NCBI GenBank assembly: GCA_963621535.1
Contig: CAVFEQ010000002.1
Span: forward strand, 15,362 to 79,361
Direction of reading: 5' to 3'
Origin: Paludibacteraceae bacterium
GTDB lineage: Bacteria > Bacillota_I > Bacilli_A > RFN20 > CAG-826
Length of the DNA: 64,000 nucleotides
This document shows positions 1-8,542 of the stretch, piece after piece. The notes beneath the pieces were generated by a model. That model made no database searches, was not told the origin of the DNA, and saw only the letters and a program-made list of their open reading frames with translations. Position 1 is the first letter of the stretch. Each line of letters begins with the position of its first letter. The position numbers and the translations under genes were made by a program.

Positions 1-36
1 CGCTTTTCAAAACCCGTTTTTTGGCAAAGTCAAAGA

Positions 37-693
37 CTAAAGCCTGGCCAAGAGCCCTTTTAATTCCTCAGGAGAAGAAACGACGTAGTCGCTTTTTTCT
101 TCGAGCTCTTTTGTGTAATGACCATAGCCCCATTTGACTAAGACGCTTCTTAATCCGGCATTGTGCGCAGTTTCCACGTCAAAAGAGGAGTCTCCTACAT
201 ATAGAGTCTCTTCTTTGCTTAGGGAAAAGCGATCGATCACGCGCAGCGTGGAGGCCGGGTTGGGCTTCGGCGCTTCTCCTTGTTTTTGCCCAGAAACGCC
301 TTTGAAAAAACCGGGCAGATAATGGGGGACGACAACTTGAGCCAGCGCATCCGGCTTGTTCGAAACGACGAACATGCTTATGCCTTGGCTTTGGAAAGAG
401 CCTAAGACGTTGGACAAACCAGGAAATGGCTTCGTGTTATCTTCTTGGTAGGCCTTATATAAAGGCATATAGGTTTCTTTGAGCGAGGCGAAAAGAACGG
501 GGTCATCCCCTTTGTCTTTTAAAGCCTTTTTCACTAGACGGTCCGCCCCTCCGCCGATCAAATTTTTTGCTTCTTCCAACGTGAAAGAATAGGAATATCC
601 TTCCGCGCGTAGCGCGTCGTTGATCGCGCGGGTGATGTCGGGCAAAGTGTCCAGTAGGGTGCCGTCTAAGTCAAAAATAAGGTTCTTGATCAT
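37..693 (-). CDS. HAD-superfamily phosphatase (phosphoglycolate phosphatase-like)
   Basis: 218-aa ORF with an N-terminal DxDxT motif (IFDLDGTLLDT). Later VSNKP and GDSSFD motifs are typical of HAD subfamily IA. Confidence 0.8.
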   Translation of the reverse strand: MIKNLIFDLDGTLLDTLPDITRAINDALRAEGYSYSFTLEEAKNLIGGGADRLVKKALKDKGDDPVLFASLKETYMPLYKAYQEDNTKPFPGLSNVLGSFQSQGISMFVVSNKPDALAQVVVPHYLPGFFKGVSGQKQGEAPKPNPASTLRVIDRFSLSKEETLYVGDSSFDVETAHNAGLRSVLVKWGYGHYTKELEEKSDYVVSSPEELKGLLARL

Positions 694-723
694 GACCCCG
701 TAATTATAGGGTCAATCATCGTT

Positions 724-1413
724 CTAAACGAGTTTTGGATTAGGAAGCAAAACATCATCCTCATCCTCTTTTTCCTTCTTTCGATCGTCTAGGTTAAGGA
801 GTTTTCTTACCCATTTGGCGTAGCGGCCGAAGATATAGGAGGCACGCTTATGGGATATGTTCAATTCCTGCGCAGCCTCTAAAACGGTATAGCCGTTTAA
901 GCGATATCTCATGATTTCAATCGCCAGAGGGTTGATGCCTTTAGGGAGATTAGTGACCTCCATGATGGAATCCTGAAAATTCATGTAATCTCTAGGATCG
1001 TCGAGCGTCCCTTCTCTAGAGACTACGTCAGCCAGAGTCAGCGATGAATCGCTTTTCACGCCAAGCGTATCATCAAAAGAATCGGTGACCATCACATTTG
1101 ATTTGGCGAGCTTTTTGTCGACTCTGTTGGCCATCACGAAGACGAGGCAGCGGATTAAATAAGAGTTGAACGAGCCTTTGGAAAACTCAAAGGTTGATAG
1201 AGCGTCGTAAAAGGCGTGGAAGAAGATTTCGTTGATGTCCCAATCATCAAAGAACGGTTTCATTTTCGGCGACGCCACATTGCATAAAGTGTGACGCTTT
1301 GCGTGTTTGCGAGCTAGCAAAACATCAAGCGGGACCGGATCGCCCATGCGGTAACGTAGAAGAAGATCCTCGTCGGAAAAATCTTCATACGTCGTTTTTG
1401 AAGTGTCTGACAT
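724..1413 (-). CDS. Sigma-70 family RNA polymerase sigma factor, SigH-like by position
   Basis: 229-aa ORF with region-2-like (FFHAFYDAL...SFNSYLIRCL) and region-4 HTH (YTVLEAAQELNISHKRASYIFGRY) segments. It lies next to rlmB and cysS, as sigH does in Bacilli. Confidence 0.65.
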   Translation of the reverse strand: MSDTSKTTYEDFSDEDLLLRYRMGDPVPLDVLLARKHAKRHTLCNVASPKMKPFFDDWDINEIFFHAFYDALSTFEFSKGSFNSYLIRCLVFVMANRVDKKLAKSNVMVTDSFDDTLGVKSDSSLTLADVVSREGTLDDPRDYMNFQDSIMEVTNLPKGINPLAIEIMRYRLNGYTVLEAAQELNISHKRASYIFGRYAKWVRKLLNLDDRKKEKEDEDDVLLPNPKLV

Positions 1414-1446
1414 AATTCTCCTTTTGTTCAGGAGGCAAAAATGTCG

Positions 1447-2166
1447 TCAGCGATTGCGAAGCGAAGAGATCTGCGCTAGGAAGATTCCGGTGGCTACGGA
1501 GGCGTTTAAAGAATTGACGTGGCCGACCATCGGGATTTTCGTAACGAAATCGCTGTCGCGTAAAAGAAGTCTGGATACCCCAAATCCTTCGCTTCCGACG
1601 ATCAAGGCAATGGGGCACTTGTAATCGATTGCGTCGTATGAAGTGCTCGCGCTGCCGTCGCTGGAAACGACCCAAAAGCCATTTTCCTTTAACTTTCGCA
1701 TGGCTTGGGAGAGATTAGGAACGGTCGCCACCTTCGCATAGCAGATTGCGCCGGTTGAGACTTTCGCAACCGTGCTGTTCAAAGGCACCTCGTTCCGCTT
1801 TTTCATGATGATCCCATCGACGCCAAAGGCATCGCACGATCTAAGAATCGCGCCTAAATTATGGGGGTCTTCAATACCGTCTAGGACCAGAAGGAGGGGA
1901 TATTTGCTATTCTTAGAACCTTCGATCAGCTCTTCAACAGAATAGTTTCGCCACTCCTTGCAAATTGCTATAAATCCCTGGTGAGAGGAATTTTTAGCAA
2001 TTCGCGTCAAATCGACTTCTTTAGCGACTTCGACAAAGATCTTTTTCGCTTGGGCCATTACCACCAATGGATCTTTTTGGAGGCGCTCAAGAGTGATGAC
2101 TTTTGTAGCGCATCCTGAACAGACGGCCTCGCGAACGGCGTTTTTACCTGTGACTATTGTATGCAT
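1447..2166 (-). CDS. rlmB: TrmH/SpoU-family 23S rRNA 2'-O-methyltransferase (RlmB-like)
   Basis: SpoU-type C-terminal motifs are present (LVLDGIEDPHNLGAILRS, ALIVGSEGFGVS, IPMVGHVNSLNASVA). I trimmed the start to ATG 2166 (MHTIVTGKNAV), which follows AAGGAG; the ORF track extends to 2205. Confidence 0.8.
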   Translation of the reverse strand: MHTIVTGKNAVREAVCSGCATKVITLERLQKDPLVVMAQAKKIFVEVAKEVDLTRIAKNSSHQGFIAICKEWRNYSVEELIEGSKNSKYPLLLVLDGIEDPHNLGAILRSCDAFGVDGIIMKKRNEVPLNSTVAKVSTGAICYAKVATVPNLSQAMRKLKENGFWVVSSDGSASTSYDAIDYKCPIALIVGSEGFGVSRLLLRDSDFVTKIPMVGHVNSLNASVATGIFLAQISSLRNR

Positions 2167-2201
2167 GATATCAGCTCCTTGAAAAGACCCAAACGCCTTG
2201 C

Positions 2202-3548
2202 TCAAAAGACGCCCCTTTGAATTAGCTGGGCCCTTAAAGCGTCACTTCTTTCGAAGTCATGAGCGTCTTTTGCGGCGTTGTATTCCTCGAAAATCTTCTT
2301 CGTTTCTTCATCGATTAAGGGCTCGTCTACCTTGATCCCCAAGGCGAAGAAGTAGTCTTTCAAACGTCCATAATTGCCTTTCAGCATCTCTAGGTCAAGC
2401 GGGCGTTTCCTTAAATTCTGATTGGCTTCTTTGATTTCCGCGTAGAGGACGCTCAAAGCGTTGGGGGTGTTCAAATCGGCGCACAATTCGTCAAAGAAAG
2501 CGTCCTCGTTTGCGCCTTTGATGCTTGCTAAATCCACGCCGGCCATCTGCAACTTTATGGAGAGCGAACGGAAGGCGCTGGAAATCTTTTGGTAGGATTT
2601 CGTCGCTTCCGCGATCGTCTCATTCGTGAAGGATAGGGGCGCCCGATAATGGGTATTCAGCACCATTAAGCGGAAAGGCATTCCGCCATATTGGGCGATG
2701 ACGTCTTTAGCGAGGATCACGTTGCCCAAAGACTTGGACATCTTTTCGTTATCGATGTTGATGAAACCATTGTGCAGCCAATAGTGGGCGAGCTTGTTGT
2801 GATTATGGGCTTCGCTTTGGGCCATCTCATTTTCGTGATGGGGGAATTTGAGGTCAAATCCGCCGCCATGAATATCGATATATCCGTGCTGGTCTTTGAA
2901 AATTGAGGCGATCATGACGCAGCATTCCGTATGCCAGCCAGGCCTGCCTTCGCTCCAGGGCGTTTCCCATTTGATCCCTTCTTCGGTCTTCTTCCACAAA
3001 GCGAAATCCAACGGCGATTCTTTTTGGGAATTCACCTCGATGCGCGCTCCGGATACGAGAGATTCTGGAGTGTTGCCAGAAAGGCAGCCGTAGTCTTTGT
3101 CGTGGCCTACCCTAAAATAAACGTCGCCATTGCTTTCATAGGCGTCCCCATTTTTCACGAGGTCATTGATATAGGAAATCATCTCCCCCATGTAGACGGT
3201 CGGCTTCGGCGTGAAATCAGGCTGCAAGGCATTGACTTGGTCTACGGCCTGACGGAATTCTTTGATCACGTCTTCGGTGAGCTCTTTCTCACTGATCTGA
3301 AGTTCTTGCGCCCGATTGATGATTTTGTCGTCGACGTCAGTGTAATTTGAAACATAAGTGACTTGATAGCCAAGAGAAAGGAAAAGCCTTCTCCAGGTAT
3401 CAAAGACGATCACGGGGCGCATGTTGCCAATATGAGGCGAATTATAAACGGTAGGACCGCAGACGTAGATGGACACCTTGCCGGGAATCAATGGATTGAA
3501 TTCCTCGATTTTGTTTCCAAGAGAATTAAAAAGGGTGACTTTGTGCAT
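2202..3548 (-). CDS. cysS: Cysteine--tRNA ligase
   Basis: 448-aa ORF with the class I signatures HIGH (SPHIGNMRP) and KMSKS (EKMSKSLGN), plus YVCGPTVY and the Cys-rich WHTECC block. Confidence 0.95.
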   Translation of the reverse strand: MHKVTLFNSLGNKIEEFNPLIPGKVSIYVCGPTVYNSPHIGNMRPVIVFDTWRRLFLSLGYQVTYVSNYTDVDDKIINRAQELQISEKELTEDVIKEFRQAVDQVNALQPDFTPKPTVYMGEMISYINDLVKNGDAYESNGDVYFRVGHDKDYGCLSGNTPESLVSGARIEVNSQKESPLDFALWKKTEEGIKWETPWSEGRPGWHTECCVMIASIFKDQHGYIDIHGGGFDLKFPHHENEMAQSEAHNHNKLAHYWLHNGFINIDNEKMSKSLGNVILAKDVIAQYGGMPFRLMVLNTHYRAPLSFTNETIAEATKSYQKISSAFRSLSIKLQMAGVDLASIKGANEDAFFDELCADLNTPNALSVLYAEIKEANQNLRKRPLDLEMLKGNYGRLKDYFFALGIKVDEPLIDEETKKIFEEYNAAKDAHDFERSDALRAQLIQRGVF

Positions 3549-3660
3549 GGGATTATCTTACCATCCCTCATTATCCTTTTCTCATCTTGCGACACATTTT
3601 CTTTTTTCTAAACGCCTTCCTCCTACGAAGATTTGTTTAAGGGTCAAATTCAGTGTTTCG

Positions 3661-3706
3661 AAAAACCCCGCAAAATTCACTTATATGTTTGTTTTGCGGA
3701 GTTTTT
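3661..3706. terminator. Palindromic hairpin (14 of 15 bp stem, 16-nt loop) with T/A runs on both sides; possible bidirectional terminator or cysS leader attenuator
   Basis: AAAAACCCCGCAAAA (3661-3675) pairs with TTTTGCGGAGTTTTT (3692-3706). On minus-strand RNA the stem is followed by UUUUU, 113 nt upstream of the cysS ATG. Both arms are copies of the dispersed A5-NN-CCGC-A4 motif. Confidence 0.4.
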
Positions 3707-3857
3707 GAGAACGTTTTTTATGCTTTTCCCCGTTAACTGACGCGACATGACCGGTCTGAAAAGAGGCTGTGCAACGCTTTTGAGGTCGATGATTCTAGAC
3801 AAACGGGGAAGCCTTTTGCCCCCGGCGAAAAACGGTCTACCAATTTATTGGTAACTC

Positions 3858-3886
3858 TTGACGAACTTGAATCCGACCCTTATGAT
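3858..3886 (+). promoter_or_regulatory. Sigma-A-type promoter for rpmG-secE-nusG
   Basis: TTGACG (3858-3863), a 17-nt spacer, then TATGAT (3881-3886), about 30 nt upstream of the rpmG ATG. Confidence 0.5.
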
Positions 3887-3915
3887 TTTGCACGCTGAAA
3901 GTTGAATGATGGTTT

Positions 3916-4065
3916 ATGGGAAGGGAAAAGGTTTTTTTAATCTGCTCTGAGTGCTTGGCTAGGAACTATACTGTCACCAAGCGGAAAGACTCGTCCGAAC
4001 GTCTCAGCTTCAACAAGTTCTGCCCGCATTGCGGGAAGCACACGCTTCACAAAGAAAGCAAATAA
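3916..4065 (+). CDS. rpmG: 50S ribosomal protein L33
   Basis: 49-aa ORF below the ORF-track cutoff: [49 protein letters not shown]. It has the CxxC...CxxC zinc-ribbon pattern and RNY motif of L33 and sits directly upstream of secE. Confidence 0.85.
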   Translation: MGREKVFLICSECLARNYTVTKRKDSSERLSFNKFCPHCGKHTLHKESK

Positions 4066-4077
4066 GGAGGAAAGAAG

Positions 4078-4275
4078 ATGACCACCCCTGGAAAGTACAT
4101 CAAAGAAGTTGGCAAAGAAGCCAAACGCGTTCGTTGGCCCAAGAGAGACAAGCTTGTTCCAATGATCGTTGTCGTGATCGCTATTTCCCTTTTCGCCGCA
4201 ATATTCCTTTCTTTGGAAGATTTAACCGCTGCTTCGATGATTAACCAGCTCAAAGCGGCTTTTGGAGGCAAATAA
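4078..4275 (+). CDS. secE: Preprotein translocase subunit SecE
   Basis: 65-aa ORF with the KEVGKEAKRVRWP motif followed by one TM helix. A strong RBS (AAGGAGGAAAG) precedes it, and it lies between rpmG and nusG. Confidence 0.85.
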   Translation: MTTPGKYIKEVGKEAKRVRWPKRDKLVPMIVVVIAISLFAAIFLSLEDLTAASMINQLKAAFGGK

Positions 4276-4278
4276 TTT

Positions 4279-4869
4279 ATGGCAAGCAACATTGGCGAAA
4301 AACATTGGTATATCGTCACCACCTACTCAATGCACGAATCGAAGACCGCTGAGAATCTTCGCAAGCGTATCGAGACGATGAACATGCAGGATTACATCAT
4401 GCGCGTCCTCGTCGCTGAGCAAGAAGTTCCAGTCCTTGATAAGAACGGCCTTCCCTCAACCGTAACGGATAAGGAAACCGGTGAGGTTAAGCCCAAGACC
4501 AAGATGAAGAATCTTTATCCTGGCTATATCTTCATCGAAATGGTCATGACGGATGAGTCCTGGTACATCGTCCGTAATACTCCAGGTGTCACCGGCATCG
4601 TCGGTTCTTCCGGCGGCGGACAGAAGCCTGCTCCGGTTGCCCGTGAAGCAATCGAACCCGTCCTTAAGAGGATGAACATCATCGATGAGGATATGTATGC
4701 CCGTTATGCCGTGGGCGATCAGGTCCGCATCATTCACGGGGCTTTCGAAGGAACCGAAGGAATCATCACCTTCATCGACAAGGACACCCACGCCGTCCGC
4801 ATCGAAACCACCTTCTTCGGCCGTGTCACACCGGTTGACGTTGAATTCTCCGAAATCGAGAAAATCTGA
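4279..4869 (+). CDS. nusG: Transcription termination/antitermination factor NusG
   Basis: 196-aa ORF with an NGN domain (HWYIVTTYSMHE...PGYIFIEM) and a C-terminal KOW motif (GDQVRIIHGAFEGTEGII). Confidence 0.95.
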   Translation: MASNIGEKHWYIVTTYSMHESKTAENLRKRIETMNMQDYIMRVLVAEQEVPVLDKNGLPSTVTDKETGEVKPKTKMKNLYPGYIFIEMVMTDESWYIVRNTPGVTGIVGSSGGGQKPAPVAREAIEPVLKRMNIIDEDMYARYAVGDQVRIIHGAFEGTEGIITFIDKDTHAVRIETTFFGRVTPVDVEFSEIEKI

Positions 4870-4880
4870 ATCAAGTCGTC

Positions 4881-4912
4881 AAAAGAGTCTCTTGGAAAAG
4901 GGGCTCTTTTTT
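4881..4912 (+). terminator. Rho-independent terminator after nusG
   Basis: AAAAGAGTC pairs with GGCTCTTTT (one G-U pair) and is followed by a T run, 12 nt after the nusG stop. Confidence 0.55.
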
Positions 4913-5019
4913 GTGCTTAGTAGAATTTGGCCTGCTGCTTCTTGGCGTTTTGAACGTTTATAAATCGGCAACTATCCAAAGCGCCTTTCCGCTATAATCT
5001 AGTTAAGGCAGGTAACTTT

Positions 5020-5793
5020 ATGGATCGATTCATCGTTTCTTTAGCTTATAAGTACAACGGATGGGGGCTCGCTCTTTATATTCTTGTGGTCTCTCTTCTT
5101 GCGGGTTTGCTCGCCGGAATCATCGGTATTGAGCGAGAAATGAAAGGCCAGGCCGCGGGCTTGCGCACCCACGTCCTCCTTTCGGTTGGCTGCACTTTGC
5201 TTATGGTGATCTCCATTTTCGGCATTGGCATTGCCTCTGGGCAGATTGATTTATCTTCTGGCTCTATTGACGATAGCCTTCTTTCTTATGACACCTCGCG
5301 CATCGCCGCGGGCATCATCGCCGGCATTGGCTTTGTCTGCGCCGGCACGATCATCCGCACGGGGTTATCCGTCAAGGGCCTGACGACCGCCGCGACTCTT
5401 TGGGTGTGCGCTGGTATCGGCATGGCTTGTGGCTGCGGATTGGTGCTTGAGGCAATCGTGGTCGCCGCGGTTACGATGGTTCTCCTCATCGGCCTTCTTT
5501 ATATTGAGAAAGTCTTGGGAAAAAGGAGCCCCCAGGTCACCATCACCGTTCAAAAGAACGTCACCATGATAAGGGACATCCGCCAGCACGCCGACGCCAA
5601 CGGGCTGGTGGTCAAAAACATCGGCACTCACGCCAAAAAACTTGATAATGGCGAGGAAGCCATCGCCATAAACGTCTTGTTTGCTCTTCAAAGCGGGCAG
5701 GCGTCATTAGAAGAATTTTGCGAGTCTTTCGTCAGTAGAGAAGGCGTGATCTCGCTAGAGAAGCACCATTTCAAGAACCCGGTTGGGGAATGA
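5020..5793 (+). CDS. MgtC/SapB family membrane protein
   Basis: 257-aa ORF with the GIEREMKGQAAGLRTHVLLSVG motif, four or five TM helices and a C-terminal soluble ACT-like part, as in MgtC-family proteins. Confidence 0.8.
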   Translation: MDRFIVSLAYKYNGWGLALYILVVSLLAGLLAGIIGIEREMKGQAAGLRTHVLLSVGCTLLMVISIFGIGIASGQIDLSSGSIDDSLLSYDTSRIAAGIIAGIGFVCAGTIIRTGLSVKGLTTAATLWVCAGIGMACGCGLVLEAIVVAAVTMVLLIGLLYIEKVLGKRSPQVTITVQKNVTMIRDIRQHADANGLVVKNIGTHAKKLDNGEEAIAINVLFALQSGQASLEEFCESFVSREGVISLEKHHFKNPVGE

Positions 5794-5795
5794 GC

Positions 5796-6389
5796 TTAGT
5801 CTGCTATTGTCCCGCGGATTCTTTCGAATTCCTCTTCGACGGAGGTGAAATAGTAACGGGAATCTAACTCGGTGAACTTCACGCCGAAATGACCTTTGAA
5901 GATTCTTTCAAAGGTGCGCGTGAAATTAAGGAAGATGATTTCAGCGACCCTTAAAGGCGCGCATTCTTTGTTTTGCTCGGACAAAAGGGTGACGATCGCG
6001 TCAATGGTCGAAAAGGCGAGCAATCCCGCCTGATCAGAAAGCGCGTGCACTAAATCGGGTTCGCTAGGAAGGATCCAATTGTAATAATCGCGGAAGGGTG
6101 TCCCGCCTTTTTCATACGTCCCCTTATCCATGTTGAGCCTTAAGAACGTGGCTTTTTGGGCAAGGGCTTTCGCGTTGTAACTCTCGAGCAGATTCTCATA
6201 GACCGCCCGTGTGAGTTCGCTTCCGGCGTCTTCCTCGGCGAAGAGATTATCGAAGAGGTAAGACGCGGCACATAAGATATTAAGCGCCTCTTCGCGCGTT
6301 CTTTTCTGAATGTCCATCCTTAGCCAGGAAGAGGTGGAGTAGTCGAAGGTGTCAATCAACTGTTCGTAGCAATCAAGGGCTTGTTTCAT
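5796..6389 (-). CDS. Hypothetical protein, no recognisable motif
   Basis: 197-aa ORF filling the gap between flanking genes. Its composition resembles neighbouring genes and it has no recognisable domain. Confidence 0.45.
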   Translation of the reverse strand: MKQALDCYEQLIDTFDYSTSSWLRMDIQKRTREEALNILCAASYLFDNLFAEEDAGSELTRAVYENLLESYNAKALAQKATFLRLNMDKGTYEKGGTPFRDYYNWILPSEPDLVHALSDQAGLLAFSTIDAIVTLLSEQNKECAPLRVAEIIFLNFTRTFERIFKGHFGVKFTELDSRYYFTSVEEEFERIRGTIAD

Positions 6390-6409
6390 GAGGATTATTC
6401 TAATGGGTT

Positions 6410-6979
6410 TTGCCTGAGGCTTATAATCCTTTTGTGAAGTATCTTATCGTCAGCGACATCCATGGATCGGAGATGGGCGGGATCCGCCTGAAGGAAGCCC
6501 TTGCTAGAGAAAAGCCTGATTGTCTAATCCTTTTAGGGGATTTGCTGCATGGGGCTTATGATTCAGATCCCTTTTTCATCATTGGCATTTTGAAAACTCT
6601 CTCCATTGGCATCTTGGCCGTCTGCGGGAACTGTGACGATCCTTATGGAGACGCCGAGGCTTTGGGAATTGAGCTCCCTGACAGCAGAGAGCTTTCTTTT
6701 CAAGGGCACTGCGTTCATTTGCAGCACCGCCCTTTCGTTGCCTCCTTTGAAGAAGGGTCCATTTTGCTTAATGGTCACACTCATCGAAAAACTCTTTATG
6801 AGGAAAACGGAGTCATTCATTGCAACCCGGGTTCACTTGCCTTGCCACGCGACGATTCGCCTTCTTATGCGACCATGGATGAGGACTCTCTTGTTTTAGT
6901 GAACGCGATGAATGGTCTTGCTATTGAAAAACTGTCGATAAATCCGAGAAAAACAAATTTGAAAATTAGTTATAACTGA
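6410..6979 (+). CDS. YfcE/MJ0936-type metallophosphoesterase
   Basis: Calcineurin-like motifs are present: LIVSDIHG, LILLGDLLHG, GNCD and LLNGHTH. The ORF-track start is TTG 6410; GTG 6434 (giving MKYLIVSDIHG) is an equally plausible start. Confidence 0.75.
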   Translation: MPEAYNPFVKYLIVSDIHGSEMGGIRLKEALAREKPDCLILLGDLLHGAYDSDPFFIIGILKTLSIGILAVCGNCDDPYGDAEALGIELPDSRELSFQGHCVHLQHRPFVASFEEGSILLNGHTHRKTLYEENGVIHCNPGSLALPRDDSPSYATMDEDSLVLVNAMNGLAIEKLSINPRKTNLKISYN

Positions 6980-7083
6980 CCAAAACCATTAAAAAAACAT
7001 GTGTTTTGGTCTAATAAAACGAAAAAAACTTTGTTATAACTGACCAAAAGTCTAATTTTTTGGTAAACTTTGGTCAGTTATAA
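6968..7083. repeat. Three copies of the 15-16-mer GTTATAACTGACCAAA (two direct, one inverted) upstream of the ATPase gene
   Basis: Direct copies lie at 6969-6984 and 7033-7048, and the inverted copy TTTGGTCAGTTATAA at 7069-7083, abutting the RBS. A further hairpin pairs GACCAAAAC (6978-6986) with GTTTTGGTC (7003-7011). Confidence 0.8.
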
Positions 7084-7095
7084 GGATGTTTGCGT

Positions 7096-8526
7096 ATGAG
7101 CCAATGTAAATTAATTGGGCGAAAAGATGAAGTGGAGACGCTTGATTCTCTCATGCGTTCTAAAAAGCCCGAGTTCGTTGTTCTCTATGGCCGAAGGAGG
7201 GTGGGGAAAACTTTCTTGGTGAAGCAATTTTTCAATGAGCGGTTTTCGTTTTATTCCACGGGCGTAATCGGTGGCTCCCGACGCGATAAACTTGTCGCTT
7301 TTTACTCTTCGCTTAAGCATTACGGCCTCACGAGCAACAAAGCTCCCAAAGATTGGTTCGAAGCCTTCGATTGGCTTCGCGATTTGTTGGAAAAACCTTA
7401 TTGTTATCGTGATGCCCGGAGCCAAAAAAGAGTCGTTTTCCTTGATGAGCTCCCTTGGATGGATTCTCGCCGTTCCGATTTCAAAGCCGCGCTCGATTTC
7501 TTTTGGAACACCTATGGTTCCACGCAGGATGATTTGGTGCTTTTAGTCTGCGGAAGCGCTACGTCTTGGATTATCAACAACATCGTCAAGGATGCCGGGG
7601 GTTTTTATAATCGCCTGAGCAATCAAATTCACCTTTTCCCGTTTCACCTGAACGAATGCAAGGCCTTTTGCTTGAAAAAAGGTTTGTGTTTTAATGACGA
7701 GCAGATTTTGCGTGGTTATATGGTTTTCGGCGGGATCCCTTATTACTGGGATCTGCTCGATCCTGTTTTGAGTTTAGACCAGAACATCCAAAAACTTTGT
7801 TTTGAGGAAACCGGCCAGCTTCGTTACGAATATAATGCTTTATTCCGTTCGCTTTTTTCCTCTAAAGGCGAGCACCGCGCTGTGATTGAAGCCCTTGCGA
7901 AAAAGAAAGAGGGAATGCTCCGCAATGACCTCCTTAATACCAACGGGATCAAAGGAGGCAGGCAACTGAGCGAGACGCTTGAAGAGCTTGAGCAATGCGG
8001 CTTTATCCGGAAGTATCAAAATCACCTCACCACACTCTCAAACCCCATTTATCAGGTCATCGATTCCTTTGTGCGCTTTGCCATCTCCTTTCTAAATGGG
8101 GCCAATAAGAACGAATCATGGATAAAATATCTGGGAAAGCCGTCTTATTATGCTTGGGCTGGCAATTCTTTTGAGCTGCTCTGCCTAAACCATGTTAAAG
8201 AGATCAAAGAAGCTTTATCTATCGGCGGAGTTGAAACCAGGAATTATGCTTTCCGCAGCAAGAAATCGACTCCTGGGGCGCAAATTGACCTTTGCATCGA
8301 TCGGGCAGATGGAATCATCGACATCTGCGAGATGAAATATACGGAACAGGCGTTCGTCTTGGATACAAAATACCTGGAAAACCTTCAAAACAAGATCGCC
8401 GTGTTCCAAAGCGAGACCAAAACAAAGAAAGCAATCCAGGTTGTTTTGATATCCGCTAAAGGAGTCAAAGGGCAAAAGCTCGCTAATTGCCCGATGGTTG
8501 TTTTAGACAAAGACATATTTTTCTAG
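7096..8526 (+). CDS. Orphan AAA ATPase (Arch_ATPase / DUF234-type)
   Basis: Begins LIGRKDEVETL...EFVVLYGRRRVGKTFLV (Walker A) and has VVFLDELPWM (Walker B). Length and the C-terminal ID-containing end (AQIDLCIDRADGIIDICEMKY) match DUF234 ATPases. I take the start as ATG 7096, after AAGGATG. Confidence 0.75.
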   Translation: MSQCKLIGRKDEVETLDSLMRSKKPEFVVLYGRRRVGKTFLVKQFFNERFSFYSTGVIGGSRRDKLVAFYSSLKHYGLTSNKAPKDWFEAFDWLRDLLEKPYCYRDARSQKRVVFLDELPWMDSRRSDFKAALDFFWNTYGSTQDDLVLLVCGSATSWIINNIVKDAGGFYNRLSNQIHLFPFHLNECKAFCLKKGLCFNDEQILRGYMVFGGIPYYWDLLDPVLSLDQNIQKLCFEETGQLRYEYNALFRSLFSSKGEHRAVIEALAKKKEGMLRNDLLNTNGIKGGRQLSETLEELEQCGFIRKYQNHLTTLSNPIYQVIDSFVRFAISFLNGANKNESWIKYLGKPSYYAWAGNSFELLCLNHVKEIKEALSIGGVETRNYAFRSKKSTPGAQIDLCIDRADGIIDICEMKYTEQAFVLDTKYLENLQNKIAVFQSETKTKKAIQVVLISAKGVKGQKLANCPMVVLDKDIFF

Positions 8527-8542
8527 AAACACAGACCTCCTT

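Noticed and set aside
3571-3597. Eight-codon upstream ORF (MCRKMRKG) with a Cys codon just before cysS, as a possible leader peptide.
   Set aside because: There is no Shine-Dalgarno sequence at a usable distance from its ATG, and no alternative-pairing logic linking it to the hairpin. It is most likely a chance ORF.
3549-3840. T-box riboswitch in the cysS leader.
   Set aside because: A terminator-like hairpin is present. However, I could not find the T-box consensus (GGGUGGUACCGCG-like) or a convincing specifier stem on the minus strand, and the hairpin arms are copies of the dispersed motif.
4867-4869. Possibility of the Mollicutes genetic code (UGA read as Trp), given the lipoprotein-rich, reduced-looking gene set.
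   Set aside because: TGA terminates nusG, rpoC and several other well-delimited genes exactly where homologues end. Trp is encoded by TGG in conserved positions. The standard code 11 fits.
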